Shown here: piece by piece, positions 21,300 to 31,552 of the stretch | How the letters are laid out: each line of letters starts with the position of its first letter | How positions within the stretch are numbered: the stretch's first letter is position 1 | Assembly: GCA_963691875.1 (NCBI GenBank) | Contig: OY829846.1 | Coordinates: forward strand, 2,208,001 to 2,272,000 | Direction: 5' to 3' | DNA: 64,000 bases | From: Aureliella sp. | GTDB lineage: Bacteria > Planctomycetota > Planctomycetia > Pirellulales > Pirellulaceae | The notes under the pieces: model-generated | Databases searched by the model: none | Told to the model about the DNA's origin: nothing | What the model saw: only the letters and a program-made list of their open reading frames with translations | Made by a program: the position numbers and the translations under genes

Positions 21300-21812
21300 C
21301 ATGGTGGAGTGATAGCTGCTGGCGAGAGCCAGAAGCTATCACAGTGCCGAGTCAATTCCAAGCCGCGAAAGAGCCCCAGATCGCTCGACGCCATTCGCAA
21401 AGAATACAGCCCTGTGGTTGGCGTGTGGCTCTGCTGCCGTTTCTCGGCGAACAAGAACTATTCCGCCAATATCGATTCGATGAAGAGTAGGACAGTGAGC
21501 CAAACTTGAAGCTCATGGAGAAGACGCCTGAAATACAGAAGCCTTAGTTCTAATAAGGAAGATATCGAGAACGGACGAACTCATTGCATGGGAGTCATCA
21601 ACTCTAACAGTGTGCTTGGCGAATCGGACGGCTGCAAACTGAAAGACATCACGGATGGTAAATCCAACACACTGCTCGTGCTTAAGCTGGAATGCGAAGT
21701 CGAATGGACCAATATGCAAGACTATCCTGCCGACAACGACTCGAACTTTGGCAGTCTGCCGGTACTCATGGCTGACGGTGAGGTGAAGCGAGTCGACGGA
21801 GGCAACAGCTAG
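21300..21812 (+). pseudogene. DUF1559-like remnant
   Basis: GWRVALLPFLGEQELFRQYRFDEE*DSEPNLKL (TAG 21488 at the usual Trp), frameshift, then KDITDGKSNT...LMADGEVK. Confidence 0.8.
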
Positions 21813-21864
21813 CTGCTGCAAAAGCTCGTAATTCGTGATGGTGGCGAGCAGTTGCCGACGACTT

Positions 21865-22530
21865 CTAAGAACTTTCGTCTTGCGGGAGCATCATGTCGGG
21901 AGATTGCTTCCGATTCGTGGCCTTATTAAAAAGCCAGACGATCAACCAAATCACGGACATGTAGACTAACAAGATAAAATTCAGCAGAACGCCTTGAGCA
22001 ATCGTGTTTATGTAGACGGGTAAGAACCCGACGGAGACCCCTTGCTTCAACCCTTCCACCATTTCCGTTTGCAGCAAAACTTCGGTGATGCGCGTACTGA
22101 TGATCCCCACATAGAGATCAATTCCCAATCCGACGGGAAACGCAATGGAAATAACGATGCGTGTTCCATAGCCAATCTTGGCAATCACTCTGAGGAACGG
22201 CAGCTTCAGAAAACGCTGCGTGAAGGGCCGCATTTCTAAGAAAGCGTAGCCAAGTATGAATGTGGCAATGCCAAGACTCATCGCTACGATCTGCTCAGCG
22301 CCTGCCCTAACAGTGATGCACCCCCAAAAGAAACTCGGGGCAGCGCTAACGATGCACACCAGCGACCATTTCACGAACGCGCTACCATAGCTGGGCGGCC
22401 TATTGGGATCGGCCCTCCAGTTCTGTGTCGCTTCCCGAGCGTCATCCAGCTGAGTCACCGCATGCGGATTTGACTCAGCTTCACTGCTTGAGATGATCGG
22501 CGGATTTTCATGTGGAGGCTCAAGGACCAT
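21865..22530 (-). CDS. Hypothetical membrane protein
   Basis: 4-5 hydrophobic segments, NPH/NPY-type N-terminal motif. Confidence 0.75.
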   Translation of the reverse strand: MVLEPPHENPPIISSSEAESNPHAVTQLDDAREATQNWRADPNRPPSYGSAFVKWSLVCIVSAAPSFFWGCITVRAGAEQIVAMSLGIATFILGYAFLEMRPFTQRFLKLPFLRVIAKIGYGTRIVISIAFPVGLGIDLYVGIISTRITEVLLQTEMVEGLKQGVSVGFLPVYINTIAQGVLLNFILLVYMSVIWLIVWLFNKATNRKQSPDMMLPQDESS

Positions 22531-22550
22531 CGGCAATTCCCTGAAATGCT

Positions 22551-23312
22551 TTAGAACCAACTGGAAACGGTCTTGAGTCCTTCTAGTGCTGGCTCGACAG
22601 GCCAATACTCAAGTCCTACATAGCCATCATAGTTGGTGCTCTGAATCGCCTCGAAGACCTGTGAATAGTGAATTTCGCCTCGTGTCAATTCGTTTCGTCC
22701 GGGGTTCCCGGCGGCATGAAAATGACCGATCTTGTCAATATTCTGGGTGATATTGTGAATCAGATGGCCTTCGCTAATCTGTTGATGGTAGATATCAAAA
22801 ACCACTTTGACATTCGAGCTGCCAACTTCTTCAACTATTTCAAACGCTTCATCGCTTTGAATCAAGTAGTAACCAGCATGATCCACTAGTTCGTTCAGCG
22901 GCTCTATCACCAGAGTACGGCCTGCAGCTTCCAGCATCGGAGCCGCTTCTTTCAAGCCTTCCACCAAGCAATCGTGTTGTGCCTGCCGATCGATGCCTGT
23001 GCGGAGGTCTCCAACCTGAGAAATGATCGTCGAAACCTTAAGCTTCTCAGCTGCTACAAGAGTCTCTTCCAATCCTTTCAAGTAGTCATCGCGCGTCACT
23101 GGATCGACTAGGCTGATGAACTTTGTGCAACACGATGCTATTTGCATCTTATGCTGATCGCGCAGTTCGATGAGCTCATCGAGGTTCCTATCCCACCACC
23201 CCCAGAACTCAAACGCCCGAATGCCAGCTTCGTAGACAGAATCTATTGCCGTCGCAGCTGGCTGGCCTTCAAATACCGCATCGATGCAAACCGAGGGCTT
23301 TAGTCGACTCAT
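22551..23312 (-). CDS. Hydroxypyruvate isomerase family (xylose isomerase-like TIM barrel)
   Basis: AFEFW, LVIEPLN..DHAGY, VFDIYHQQISEG, IGHFHAAGNPGRNE, GYVGLEY. Confidence 0.9.
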   Translation of the reverse strand: MSRLKPSVCIDAVFEGQPAATAIDSVYEAGIRAFEFWGWWDRNLDELIELRDQHKMQIASCCTKFISLVDPVTRDDYLKGLEETLVAAEKLKVSTIISQVGDLRTGIDRQAQHDCLVEGLKEAAPMLEAAGRTLVIEPLNELVDHAGYYLIQSDEAFEIVEEVGSSNVKVVFDIYHQQISEGHLIHNITQNIDKIGHFHAAGNPGRNELTRGEIHYSQVFEAIQSTNYDGYVGLEYWPVEPALEGLKTVSSWF

Positions 23313-23428
23313 GATTAATCTTTCGTGATCGATACCTTGTGACGTGTTGAACGATGACTCACTTTTGCTGTGTCGCGTTTGTTCAATCAGCGGCTTTGGC
23401 GCTAGCCACCTGGCGGCGGAAACGAAGA

Positions 23429-23460
23429 CAAGCCGGTGCCCGCGGCTGGGCGTAAAACGA
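23429..23460 (-). repeat. 32-nt REP-like hairpin repeat, copy 1
   Basis: Reverse complement TCGTTTTACGCCCAGCCGCGGGCACCGGCTTG, 28/32 identical to 45726-45757. Confidence 0.7.
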
Positions 23461-23521
23461 TTTTTTCTTCTAGCGGCGGTTTTGTCGGCTCTTTCATACC
23501 GCAAAGTCTTAGTCTACTCGG

Positions 23522-25420
23522 TTAATCATTGGCCTCTCGCTCTACTTCAGCTTGCTCGCCATCCGCCACTTGCACGGCGTCAGTGCCTGCGATCGGATCA
23601 TTAGAAACCTCAGCTGACTCATCTGGCTCCACCTCAGAATCGTCCGGATAAGGTATCTGAGCAAAGCAAACATAAATTGTGACCACTGCAACAATGAGCC
23701 CGACTCCAGATTTGGTTGAGTGCTTCCACGGAGTCAGGTCGACTACCCCCGCATCTTCCTGAACCCATTCTTGTTCGCGCGGTTTCACTTCGCCGATAAC
23801 GAGCATCATGATCACCAGCCAAGCAAAGGTAGTCCCGACAAAGTAGAAACTGCCCATGTCCTCGACAATCTCCTTAAACTGCGGGATAAAGTTTCCGCAA
23901 ATTAGAATCAGGAAGCCGGCTAGAAGGGCTAGGTTCGCTGCGAAAGCTGGGACTCTTCGGCTGATCATCCCAACAAACACAACGGAAAGAATCGGAATGA
24001 AATAGATCGCATTCATCTTTTGCAGATAATCGAAAATCTGGTCTTCTCCGTCCAACATCGGGGCCAGATACATTGCTGAGAGTGCAATAACGAGACCAAA
24101 TACGACGCTCGATCGGACGAGTACTCTCTCTGAAAGATTCTCTCCACCAAAACGTTTTACGATGCCTAGGCTAAACAAAGTACAAGAAGAATTCAGCGCA
24201 GAATTAAAGCTTGAAAGCACGGCTCCGAGCATCGCGGCGGCAAAGAAGCCTGTCAGCCATGTGGGCAGTACATCTCGAACCAAGCTCCCATAAGCTTCAT
24301 TTGCTTTCATTTCCTGGCCAGCAAAGTAATGAAATGCAATCATCCCGGGTAACACTAGGTAGATGGGCCCAAGCAACTTGAGTGCACCGGTAAGCAATAC
24401 GCCCTTCTGGCCTTCTGCCAAGCTGCTCGCCCCGAGTGTTCGCTGAATGATTTGTTGGTTCGTGGACCAATAGAAGAGAGTTATCAGGAAGATCCCCGAA
24501 AATACAGCACCAAAGGGAACGGGTGACTTCGGGCTACCGATGGAATTAAAACGTTCTTGCGCCTCCACTTTCGTCACGATTGCGGAGCCGGATTCGCCCT
24601 TCGAAACGACCTGCGTTCCTTCATTGCCTTCGAGCAGCCTTGTTATTCCGGCACTAATTCCACCATCGCCTCCCAACGCAGCCAGCGCGAAAAAAGTAAT
24701 GAGGAAACCGCCGACCAATAGACCAACGCCATTGAGAGTGTCGGATACCGCAACTGTGCGAAGTCCCCCAAACAATGCATATATCGAGCCGATGACACCG
24801 ACCATCCATACGATAAGGACTAAGGAGAAGTTGGAAGTCGATACTCCAAGTATCGAGTAAAGCAGCGACGCCCCTTGGCCATTCGGGGGCTCGGGGGCTT
24901 CTGCGACACCAAGCCAACTAAAGAGCGGAGAACTCACACCCTCGGGAGTAACTCCCAGGATTTGGTCGATCGCAAGCATATCGACCATGCCTCGTGCACC
25001 GGTATATAGAACCATCGGCAACAAGATCATGACGTAGGCGACCAGGAAAATGATGTTGGTGATCAGGGCGGTCGTGCCATCGAAGCGAAGCTTCAGATAC
25101 TCCGGAACGGTAGTCACGCCGCTTTTCAAAAAACGCGGCAAGAAAAACCATGCCATACAAACCATCGAGATAACAGAGACGACCTCCCAGACCATCACAC
25201 AGAAACCGGCATCGAATGCTTGACCATTGAGACCGACAAGTTGTTCGGTAGATAGATTAGTTAGAAGGAGCGAGCCAGCGATTAGAGGGAATGTCAGCGA
25301 ACGACCTGCTAGAAAGTAGCCCGTGGCGCTGGAGGACTCTTTCCCGCGTGTCAGCCACCAAGTCAGAAAGGCAACGAGGCCAGTGAAGAACAAAAAGGAA
25401 CCGAAGGTCAAGAATGCCAT
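23522..25420 (-). CDS. Solute:sodium symporter (SSS) family, YidK-like
   Basis: GYFLAGRSL, SLLLTNLSTEQLVGLNG, FGGLRTVAVSD, FYWSTNQQIIQR, SSFNSALNS. Confidence 0.93.
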   Translation of the reverse strand: MAFLTFGSFLFFTGLVAFLTWWLTRGKESSSATGYFLAGRSLTFPLIAGSLLLTNLSTEQLVGLNGQAFDAGFCVMVWEVVSVISMVCMAWFFLPRFLKSGVTTVPEYLKLRFDGTTALITNIIFLVAYVMILLPMVLYTGARGMVDMLAIDQILGVTPEGVSSPLFSWLGVAEAPEPPNGQGASLLYSILGVSTSNFSLVLIVWMVGVIGSIYALFGGLRTVAVSDTLNGVGLLVGGFLITFFALAALGGDGGISAGITRLLEGNEGTQVVSKGESGSAIVTKVEAQERFNSIGSPKSPVPFGAVFSGIFLITLFYWSTNQQIIQRTLGASSLAEGQKGVLLTGALKLLGPIYLVLPGMIAFHYFAGQEMKANEAYGSLVRDVLPTWLTGFFAAAMLGAVLSSFNSALNSSCTLFSLGIVKRFGGENLSERVLVRSSVVFGLVIALSAMYLAPMLDGEDQIFDYLQKMNAIYFIPILSVVFVGMISRRVPAFAANLALLAGFLILICGNFIPQFKEIVEDMGSFYFVGTTFAWLVIMMLVIGEVKPREQEWVQEDAGVVDLTPWKHSTKSGVGLIVAVVTIYVCFAQIPYPDDSEVEPDESAEVSNDPIAGTDAVQVADGEQAEVEREAND

Positions 25421-25569
25421 CGTGTCAGGGGTCCAGAATGGGTAGGGGTTATAAGGGATTCATGCAAGTATCTGCCAGCCGGGCTCGTCATGAGCGTGGT
25501 AAATGAAGCGTTTCGCGAGGCTCCAAGGCAGCTCGACAGTCTTGGAGACTTCCGCTCGTGGAACCCGCG

Positions 25570-26514
25570 TTACTTCAACGGTTCGCCCTCAATTGGCTTT
25601 CCATTCGTGGTCAAGATTTGAAAATGATGAACACGATAAGGACCTTCAAACTTCCACACGAGTTGTTTCTCTCGGTTCACCTCAAAAAGCTTGACACCTT
25701 TCTTGGCATGGTAAGCCGTGATCACTGTGTTGCCGTTTGGCAGCCGTTGCCCACCGCACGCATCATCAATTGGATTGCCTGGCAAATCCTCGTTGGTAAT
25801 CTTCCATACCACTTTGCCTTCTGAGTCCATTTCGACCACTTTGTTTCCATTTGTCAGGCACACCAAAGTGTTACCTCCCGCCAGGCGAATCGCGGTGAAG
25901 GGCCAGTTCTTTGCAGCACGACCACCAAGATCTTCCATATCGGTAGGAAATTCTTTGACCACATTGCCTTCGGCTGTGTACTCCTTGACTTTGAAGGCCA
26001 ACAAATGGGGTACAAGGTAATTTCCGTTAGCTAGTTTTCGAGCCATGCGTGTTTGCATGTGCGCGTTGTCCGTCTCAGGCTGCAACGGGAACTCAAGTGC
26101 AATCTTGCCGTTGGCCTCCACTTCTAGCAAACGTGGATTCGTGCCAAGTTCCGTTATGAGTGTCCGACCATCCTTCAGCCGCTGAACCGTGCCTAGTTCT
26201 TTGTTGCTGGCATCCAATCGGTACTCAAAGACGACTTCTTTTGCAGGAGTCATTTCGCGAACGACGTCGTTCCAAGCAATCAGAACATTGCCGTTTGGCA
26301 AAACCCAACCATCACGTGCTCCCTTGCGTCCTAAATCCCACTGCTTCTCACCATCTTCACCCACGATGCCGGTGAAGTCTGGTCCAGCGACGAAGAACGA
26401 GTGGCGAACTTCCTGCGCCCGAACACTTAGGCAAAGGGGGGCAAAGAAAATTAGACTCAACGCGGACACAAATTGGGGTGTAGTTAGTTTATTGCGAAGC
26501 ACGAGAAGCCTCAT
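25570..26514 (-). CDS. Secreted beta-propeller protein
   Basis: Repeated (R)LxNGNxLI units with VVW, signal peptide. Confidence 0.8.
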   Translation of the reverse strand: MRLLVLRNKLTTPQFVSALSLIFFAPLCLSVRAQEVRHSFFVAGPDFTGIVGEDGEKQWDLGRKGARDGWVLPNGNVLIAWNDVVREMTPAKEVVFEYRLDASNKELGTVQRLKDGRTLITELGTNPRLLEVEANGKIALEFPLQPETDNAHMQTRMARKLANGNYLVPHLLAFKVKEYTAEGNVVKEFPTDMEDLGGRAAKNWPFTAIRLAGGNTLVCLTNGNKVVEMDSEGKVVWKITNEDLPGNPIDDACGGQRLPNGNTVITAYHAKKGVKLFEVNREKQLVWKFEGPYRVHHFQILTTNGKPIEGEPLK

Positions 26515-26650
26515 TGGGTGGGGAAGTTGAAGTGCAGTGCGGTCACCATTGTAGTCGCAAAACGCCATCAAAAGTATGGGCCACTGACTACAGGGATGTT
26601 CCACGACACCTCCAACCAACGCAAGAATAAAGCAACCGCCATAAGCTTCT

Positions 26651-28024
26651 TCACAAAGAAACACCCAATCGGCTGCATACTTCATTAAGCAGCTGCTTGC
26701 CTGCTTCCGTGTCAAGCTCGTTCCACACTAAATGATGCATCGGTAACTTCACTTGGTCCGCTACGCCAGGCAGTTGGGCCGATCTAACCGAAACGACACC
26801 ATCGCCTTTCCCTTGTTGCAACTCCTTGCACTCGACAACTTGACGAATTCGACGATCTAGCTCTGCTGGCTCCTCCACAGAGGTTGCGATGGTATCCCAG
26901 ATTCCACTCACAAGTAGACTCATGGCGGGCCGAAGAGGTCCAGCGTCTCCCAACAGAACCGTGTACTCCACATTCTTGTTTCGCGCGCAGGCATTCAGTT
27001 TTCTAAGAAAAGCAGAATTCGGCTCAAGGTCAGTGGTAGCTTCATTGAATCCATCGACGATCGAACGAAAGAGCACTCGGTCTCTACGCCCACCTCGATT
27101 GATGATGCGATAGAGTTGTTCCGCACCTTCTAACAGCGGACCATATTCCGCCAGAGCTGAGCCATGATTGGGAGGACATATCTGAATCAGCTGGTCTACT
27201 CCCGTTCGCTGATCAACGGTACTCTGCACCAGGTTTCCACTGGCGACCACCAAATTCATCTCCAGTGCGGCTCGAGCAACCAATCCGCCCATGCTGTGCG
27301 TGACCAAAGTCACATTGCTGCTCGGATGCTCTTGATGAAACTTCTCCATTCGCAGCACGAACATCCCAGCTGACTCTGCAACCGGCCCATCGTTCGGATA
27401 GCGAAAGACACACATCGGAAGATTCGTCCGCCGATGAATCGCTTTGGCTATCTCAGCAGCAGATGTCTCGGTCCCGTGCAATCCCGCCAGTAATACGACC
27501 ACCCGCGGTGGGGATGAAGCTTCATCCGCGGCCCACGTGCCCTCGACTTTATCCAGCGATGTTAGCTTCGTGCCTTGAACACCTGCAAGGAACCGTCGCA
27601 ATCCACTCTTGTGATTGGCAAGCTGTCTTGAGAGCGATTCAGTGTCGACGATGAGCATCGAGGGATCGTTTGCGTCCCCTTTGTATCGAAATACTTTGGG
27701 GAATCGTCGCACCAAGTCGTCGAGAGATTCTTTCTCTACGCGACTCTCAACCAATGATGTAATTTCAAACGTCTTGGTGAATGCTGTGATACTTCCCGCA
27801 ACCCAGTGCAAGTCCTTGGAAATAGCATCAAAGAGAACCTTCGAGTCCACGCTGCCGCCGCGAATGGGAATGCGAACTTCTCCGTCGTTGTCTGCCACGT
27901 CACCTGCAACGGGCAAAGGATCTTGAGCAACGGCAAGACTGCTGCGGATGACCAGCGTGAACACGATGAGGCAGAGTGTTAGCGGAAGACGGAATCTCTT
28001 TGCGTCAAGTTGCCGTTGGTACAT
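26651..28024 (-). CDS. Secreted alpha/beta hydrolase (lipase/esterase-like)
   Basis: LVTHSMGGLVAR, PPNHGS, GDGVV, HH. Confidence 0.85.
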   Translation of the reverse strand: MYQRQLDAKRFRLPLTLCLIVFTLVIRSSLAVAQDPLPVAGDVADNDGEVRIPIRGGSVDSKVLFDAISKDLHWVAGSITAFTKTFEITSLVESRVEKESLDDLVRRFPKVFRYKGDANDPSMLIVDTESLSRQLANHKSGLRRFLAGVQGTKLTSLDKVEGTWAADEASSPPRVVVLLAGLHGTETSAAEIAKAIHRRTNLPMCVFRYPNDGPVAESAGMFVLRMEKFHQEHPSSNVTLVTHSMGGLVARAALEMNLVVASGNLVQSTVDQRTGVDQLIQICPPNHGSALAEYGPLLEGAEQLYRIINRGGRRDRVLFRSIVDGFNEATTDLEPNSAFLRKLNACARNKNVEYTVLLGDAGPLRPAMSLLVSGIWDTIATSVEEPAELDRRIRQVVECKELQQGKGDGVVSVRSAQLPGVADQVKLPMHHLVWNELDTEAGKQLLNEVCSRLGVSL

Positions 28025-28235
28025 ATCCTAGCCCTTTCGAGAAAATGAGCGAATCTGCGCTTCGCTTCACTAAGGACAATTATAGAGGAGGAGGTGCCAT
28101 GGCGGCAAAGATCCTACTGCGTTCCATTCTACCACCACTTCTCGTCACTCTCCCTTTCCGAGCGAGTCCACATGCCGCGTGAGGTCTCGGAATTCCCGGA
28201 GAGTCGGACACGCCCGGCTACGCATGGGCCCGGCG

Positions 28236-29209
28236 TTAAAGAGGGTTTGATCCTGAGAACCCCGCAAACTCTGCGCGAAAGGACTCAATTTTTGCCAAAG
28301 ACAGGGGCGGGGCTTTCGGCGGAGCGAAAGCAGAACAAGGCCAGCACTGAGAACTAATTAACCACGGCAAAGTCCAGGGCGTTCGGACGTGCTTCGGCTG
28401 ATGCTTTCGCTCTTCGGCTGCAAACTGACTCTCAGCGGATTGCTCGGTAATCTTCGCCTTCAGATTTCGATCAGTTAGTGCCGGGTGTCCGGAAAACGCC
28501 ATGGCCAATTGCTGCATGGGAAGTGTGAGTGTCCGAGCCATCCCTCCGGCCACCTCGCCTATCGCTTTTGCCATAGTAAGTGCCGAATCACCGATTTTTC
28601 AAACTGCGTGCTTCGTGCCGTTCCATGCCTTCTTCATGATTGGCACGCCTAGCCACTTGGCAACCTTTTCTGTCATCGGCCTTCCATTTCGGTAGCCAAA
28701 GATTGGATCAACTTTCTTGGTCGACGTCATAATGACGGCACGATCCCCGAAATTGTGCTCGATCTTCTTGGACGTATAGTGAACCACTGGAGCCCCCGAA
28801 AGCATTTGGAGCTCTAGGTAGCATTGCTTTCCAGTGACAGGGTTCTGCGCGACCACAATGGAAGGTCCACAGGCAGCTCTGGGCCAGGAAAGCTCCGGCT
28901 GCCTGTGTAGTAGCGATGCACACAATCCGCGAAGGAAAAATCTCAACCTTGGTTTCTCCATTCTCTTCACGGGTGGCGACCGCAGGATTTCCCCGTGCGT
29001 CTCGGCCAGTACAAACTTAAGCAACATCTAGCACCGGAGCAAATCACGAACGGATTTTTCCACGGACCTGTCTGCAGAGAATTCGGTTGTGCAGACAAGC
29101 AGGAATTGCTAGTCGTCAACAGAAGAAAACTAATGCCAAAATAGAATAGCTGGCGGTAGAACCGATTGACCGTGGCTGAGAACGGTCTAACTTGAAATCG
29201 ATGCCGCAT
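28236..29209 (-). pseudogene. Fragmented secreted hypothetical protein
   Basis: Signal-like ORF 28967..29209, frameshift to 28599..29027, in-frame TGA at 28599-28601 continuing into 28236..28574 (KHAV*KIGDSALTMAKAIG). Confidence 0.5.
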
Positions 29210-29677
29210 TCCGTACTAGCTATGTCAGCGTCTATGGACGCACGACGAATAGGTTATCGCCAAACTACACTTGTTCCTTTTCCGGTCAGCGGATTTAAAC
29301 GAATGTGGAACTCAAACTCCGCATGGTTGATTTCTTTAGAGTGAGTCTTGACCAAGTCACTTTCCACACACAGGTTGACGAATCTGGGTGGTGATCTTTG
29401 CAACCAGAAATCCGGCACCTCGATCTCGCCGAGAGTCACGTTCGATGACTGAGCAGAATTCGGATCATTCGGCCAAGTCATCAGGTTCTCACGGACATTT
29501 TAAGCACTATGAAGTAACCGGATTCGCAAGTTGTATGAGTTGCGAAGCAGCCCCGGATCGAAGTGGATCCAGATCGGCCACAGTTGGAGCCCAACGCAGT
29601 CCCAGGTAGGCTGCCAGATGAAGAGCTTCCAGATCGCAAAAAAGACAATCTGGAAGCTTATCGCTGCATGTTGCGCT

Positions 29678-30253
29678 CTAACCAAAGAAACGCTTCATGC
29701 CAATCTGCATGACGTCGCTAAAATCGAAGTCAACTTCCCCGTCTTGGTCGAGTAAGCCTGCGAGTAGACCACCTGAAGCTTGTTGTTCAATCTGCTTCCG
29801 CTCGCCCTTGAGCATCCCGCCGAGTCCGCCTCGATCCATGCCGTCATCTCGCTTCTTCTTGCCAATGGCTCCCATGACCATTGGTGCAAGCATGCCCATG
29901 AGAGAACTCACTTGGCCCCCCTGTAGGCCCGAGGCCTTGCCGATGCCAGTTTCGACTTTGCTCTGTCGTCCGCCAAGAATACTTCCAAGCAGCTGATTTC
30001 CCTGGCTGGCCTGCTGTTCGTCGCCACCACCCAACAGAGAGCTCAGCGAATCAAAGATGCTACCGTCGTGGTCGCCGAGTTGCCCATCAATCTCCGCAAC
30101 CCCGTCGTGATTCTCCGCCTTCTTGGCGACCGCCCCGAGTAGTGTTGGCAGAGCCATTCCAATGGCACTTTGCGTCTGTTCTTTCGACGCACCAAGACGA
30201 CTAGCGATTTGCTCTGCTTGCCCATCGGCTAGTTGCTGACTGACAAAATCCAT
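29678..30253 (-). CDS. DUF937 family protein
   Basis: ALPTLLGA, DHDGSI.D.L, LLGSILGG, LAPMVMGAIG, LLDQDG. Confidence 0.85.
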   Translation of the reverse strand: MDFVSQQLADGQAEQIASRLGASKEQTQSAIGMALPTLLGAVAKKAENHDGVAEIDGQLGDHDGSIFDSLSSLLGGGDEQQASQGNQLLGSILGGRQSKVETGIGKASGLQGGQVSSLMGMLAPMVMGAIGKKKRDDGMDRGGLGGMLKGERKQIEQQASGGLLAGLLDQDGEVDFDFSDVMQIGMKRFFG

Positions 30254-30548
30254 GATTGAAATGAATAACTGCTCCGAAAAGAGATAATAAGGTGGAATAG
30301 CGCGAACGGAAGGGGCAGGCCAGTTCGCTTTGGAGAAAGCATTCGTGTTGCGTTGTCAGAATAGCATTTTTCCCAAGTTAGAGATGAAACAAAAAAGCGA
30401 CTTTCCGAATTCTTGCTCATTCCATTAGAAAAGCTTCGCAAGCTTCGGAATCACACAAGTGCCCGACAAGTTCTCATGATGAGGGCGAACGATTCCCTTG
30501 CCCTTTCAGCTCCCGACTTTTGCAGGTTCAACAAGGAATAATACGCTC

Positions 30549-30819
30549 CATGCTAGGAGCGGCGATTCACCGAAAAGCGAGTCACTTGCTCAGGCTCGAG
30601 TGTTTCCGCAAGGAACTTATCTCTGAGTACATCAAGCAGAATATGCTGATCAAGCACAGCTGCTTCGCTCTCGTCTTTCAACTCCCGCAGTCGATTCTGA
30701 ATCTCGACACTTTGCTCTGTGCTCTAGTTCGGGTCGCTTCCAGCTAGGCTTTCTACAAGCTGTTCCAGCATTGCCTGCTCAAGTCTCTCCAGCTGAGTAT
30801 TATTGACCTGAAACCTCAT
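30549..30819 (-). pseudogene. Helical protein remnant with internal TAG
   Basis: MRFQVNNTQLERLEQAMLEQLVESLAGSDPN*STEQSVEIQNRLRELKDESE... (TAG at 30724-30726). Confidence 0.35.
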
Positions 30820-31095
30820 GATGAGATAGGTAAATCCAACTTGCACTAAATCGACTCTGTTGCAAATCATGATTTAACTCAGCAAGTTCATTTCGAATCT
30901 GCCTTACGTGTCCGACTGCGAGCCTAGGTTTCCGCAGGGTTTTCTCTTCCAATTCAAAAGCCTTCCGCTGCAGTTGAACGCGTTCGCGTACTAGAGAGGC
31001 TTCGAGTTTGTTCGTTTGTTTTTTTTGAGCTGACAGATCTCGGAAACACGTTCAGCTCTTGCCTTGGTTGGTACTTCAGAACAGCTCCTATCCTA

Positions 31096-31539
31096 TCAAT
31101 CATTGAGTATTGATTGTGTTCTTAAGGGGGTCGCCAAGCGTATGTAGGTCCACTGCTCATCAAACACCAAGAACTTCGGAAAATGCCACGGTGGCGGTGC
31201 CGGCACTCCAAGTTGCTCACGGCCCAATTCAGGCTTCGCTAAGTCCTCTGGCGTGGCAAATCTTTCACGAACATACGATCGCCGTATGTCGCGCAGACCA
31301 CCTCCATTGGGAAAATGCGTGAAGGAACTGCTGCTCGACTTAAGCAGTTCCTCGTCATTGAGTGGAATCACTTTCCTGGCTGAATTATGCTGCATGCTGG
31401 CATTGCCTTTACGACTAACGAACTTGCCAGAGGCCTTGGTTTCAATACTGGCAATAGCATTATCCTCGTCCGCATTCATCAGATGCACCAGTGAGACATA
31501 TAGTTGCCGGCGCAGTAGCGACTGCTTCCACCGATCCAA
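31096..31539 (-). CDS. Hypothetical protein or remnant
   Basis: 147-aa ORF directly downstream of the 31553 gene, no recognisable motif. Confidence 0.3.
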   Translation of the reverse strand: MDRWKQSLLRRQLYVSLVHLMNADEDNAIASIETKASGKFVSRKGNASMQHNSARKVIPLNDEELLKSSSSSFTHFPNGGGLRDIRRSYVRERFATPEDLAKPELGREQLGVPAPPPWHFPKFLVFDEQWTYIRLATPLRTQSILND

Positions 31540-31552
31540 ACGCTTGTATTAG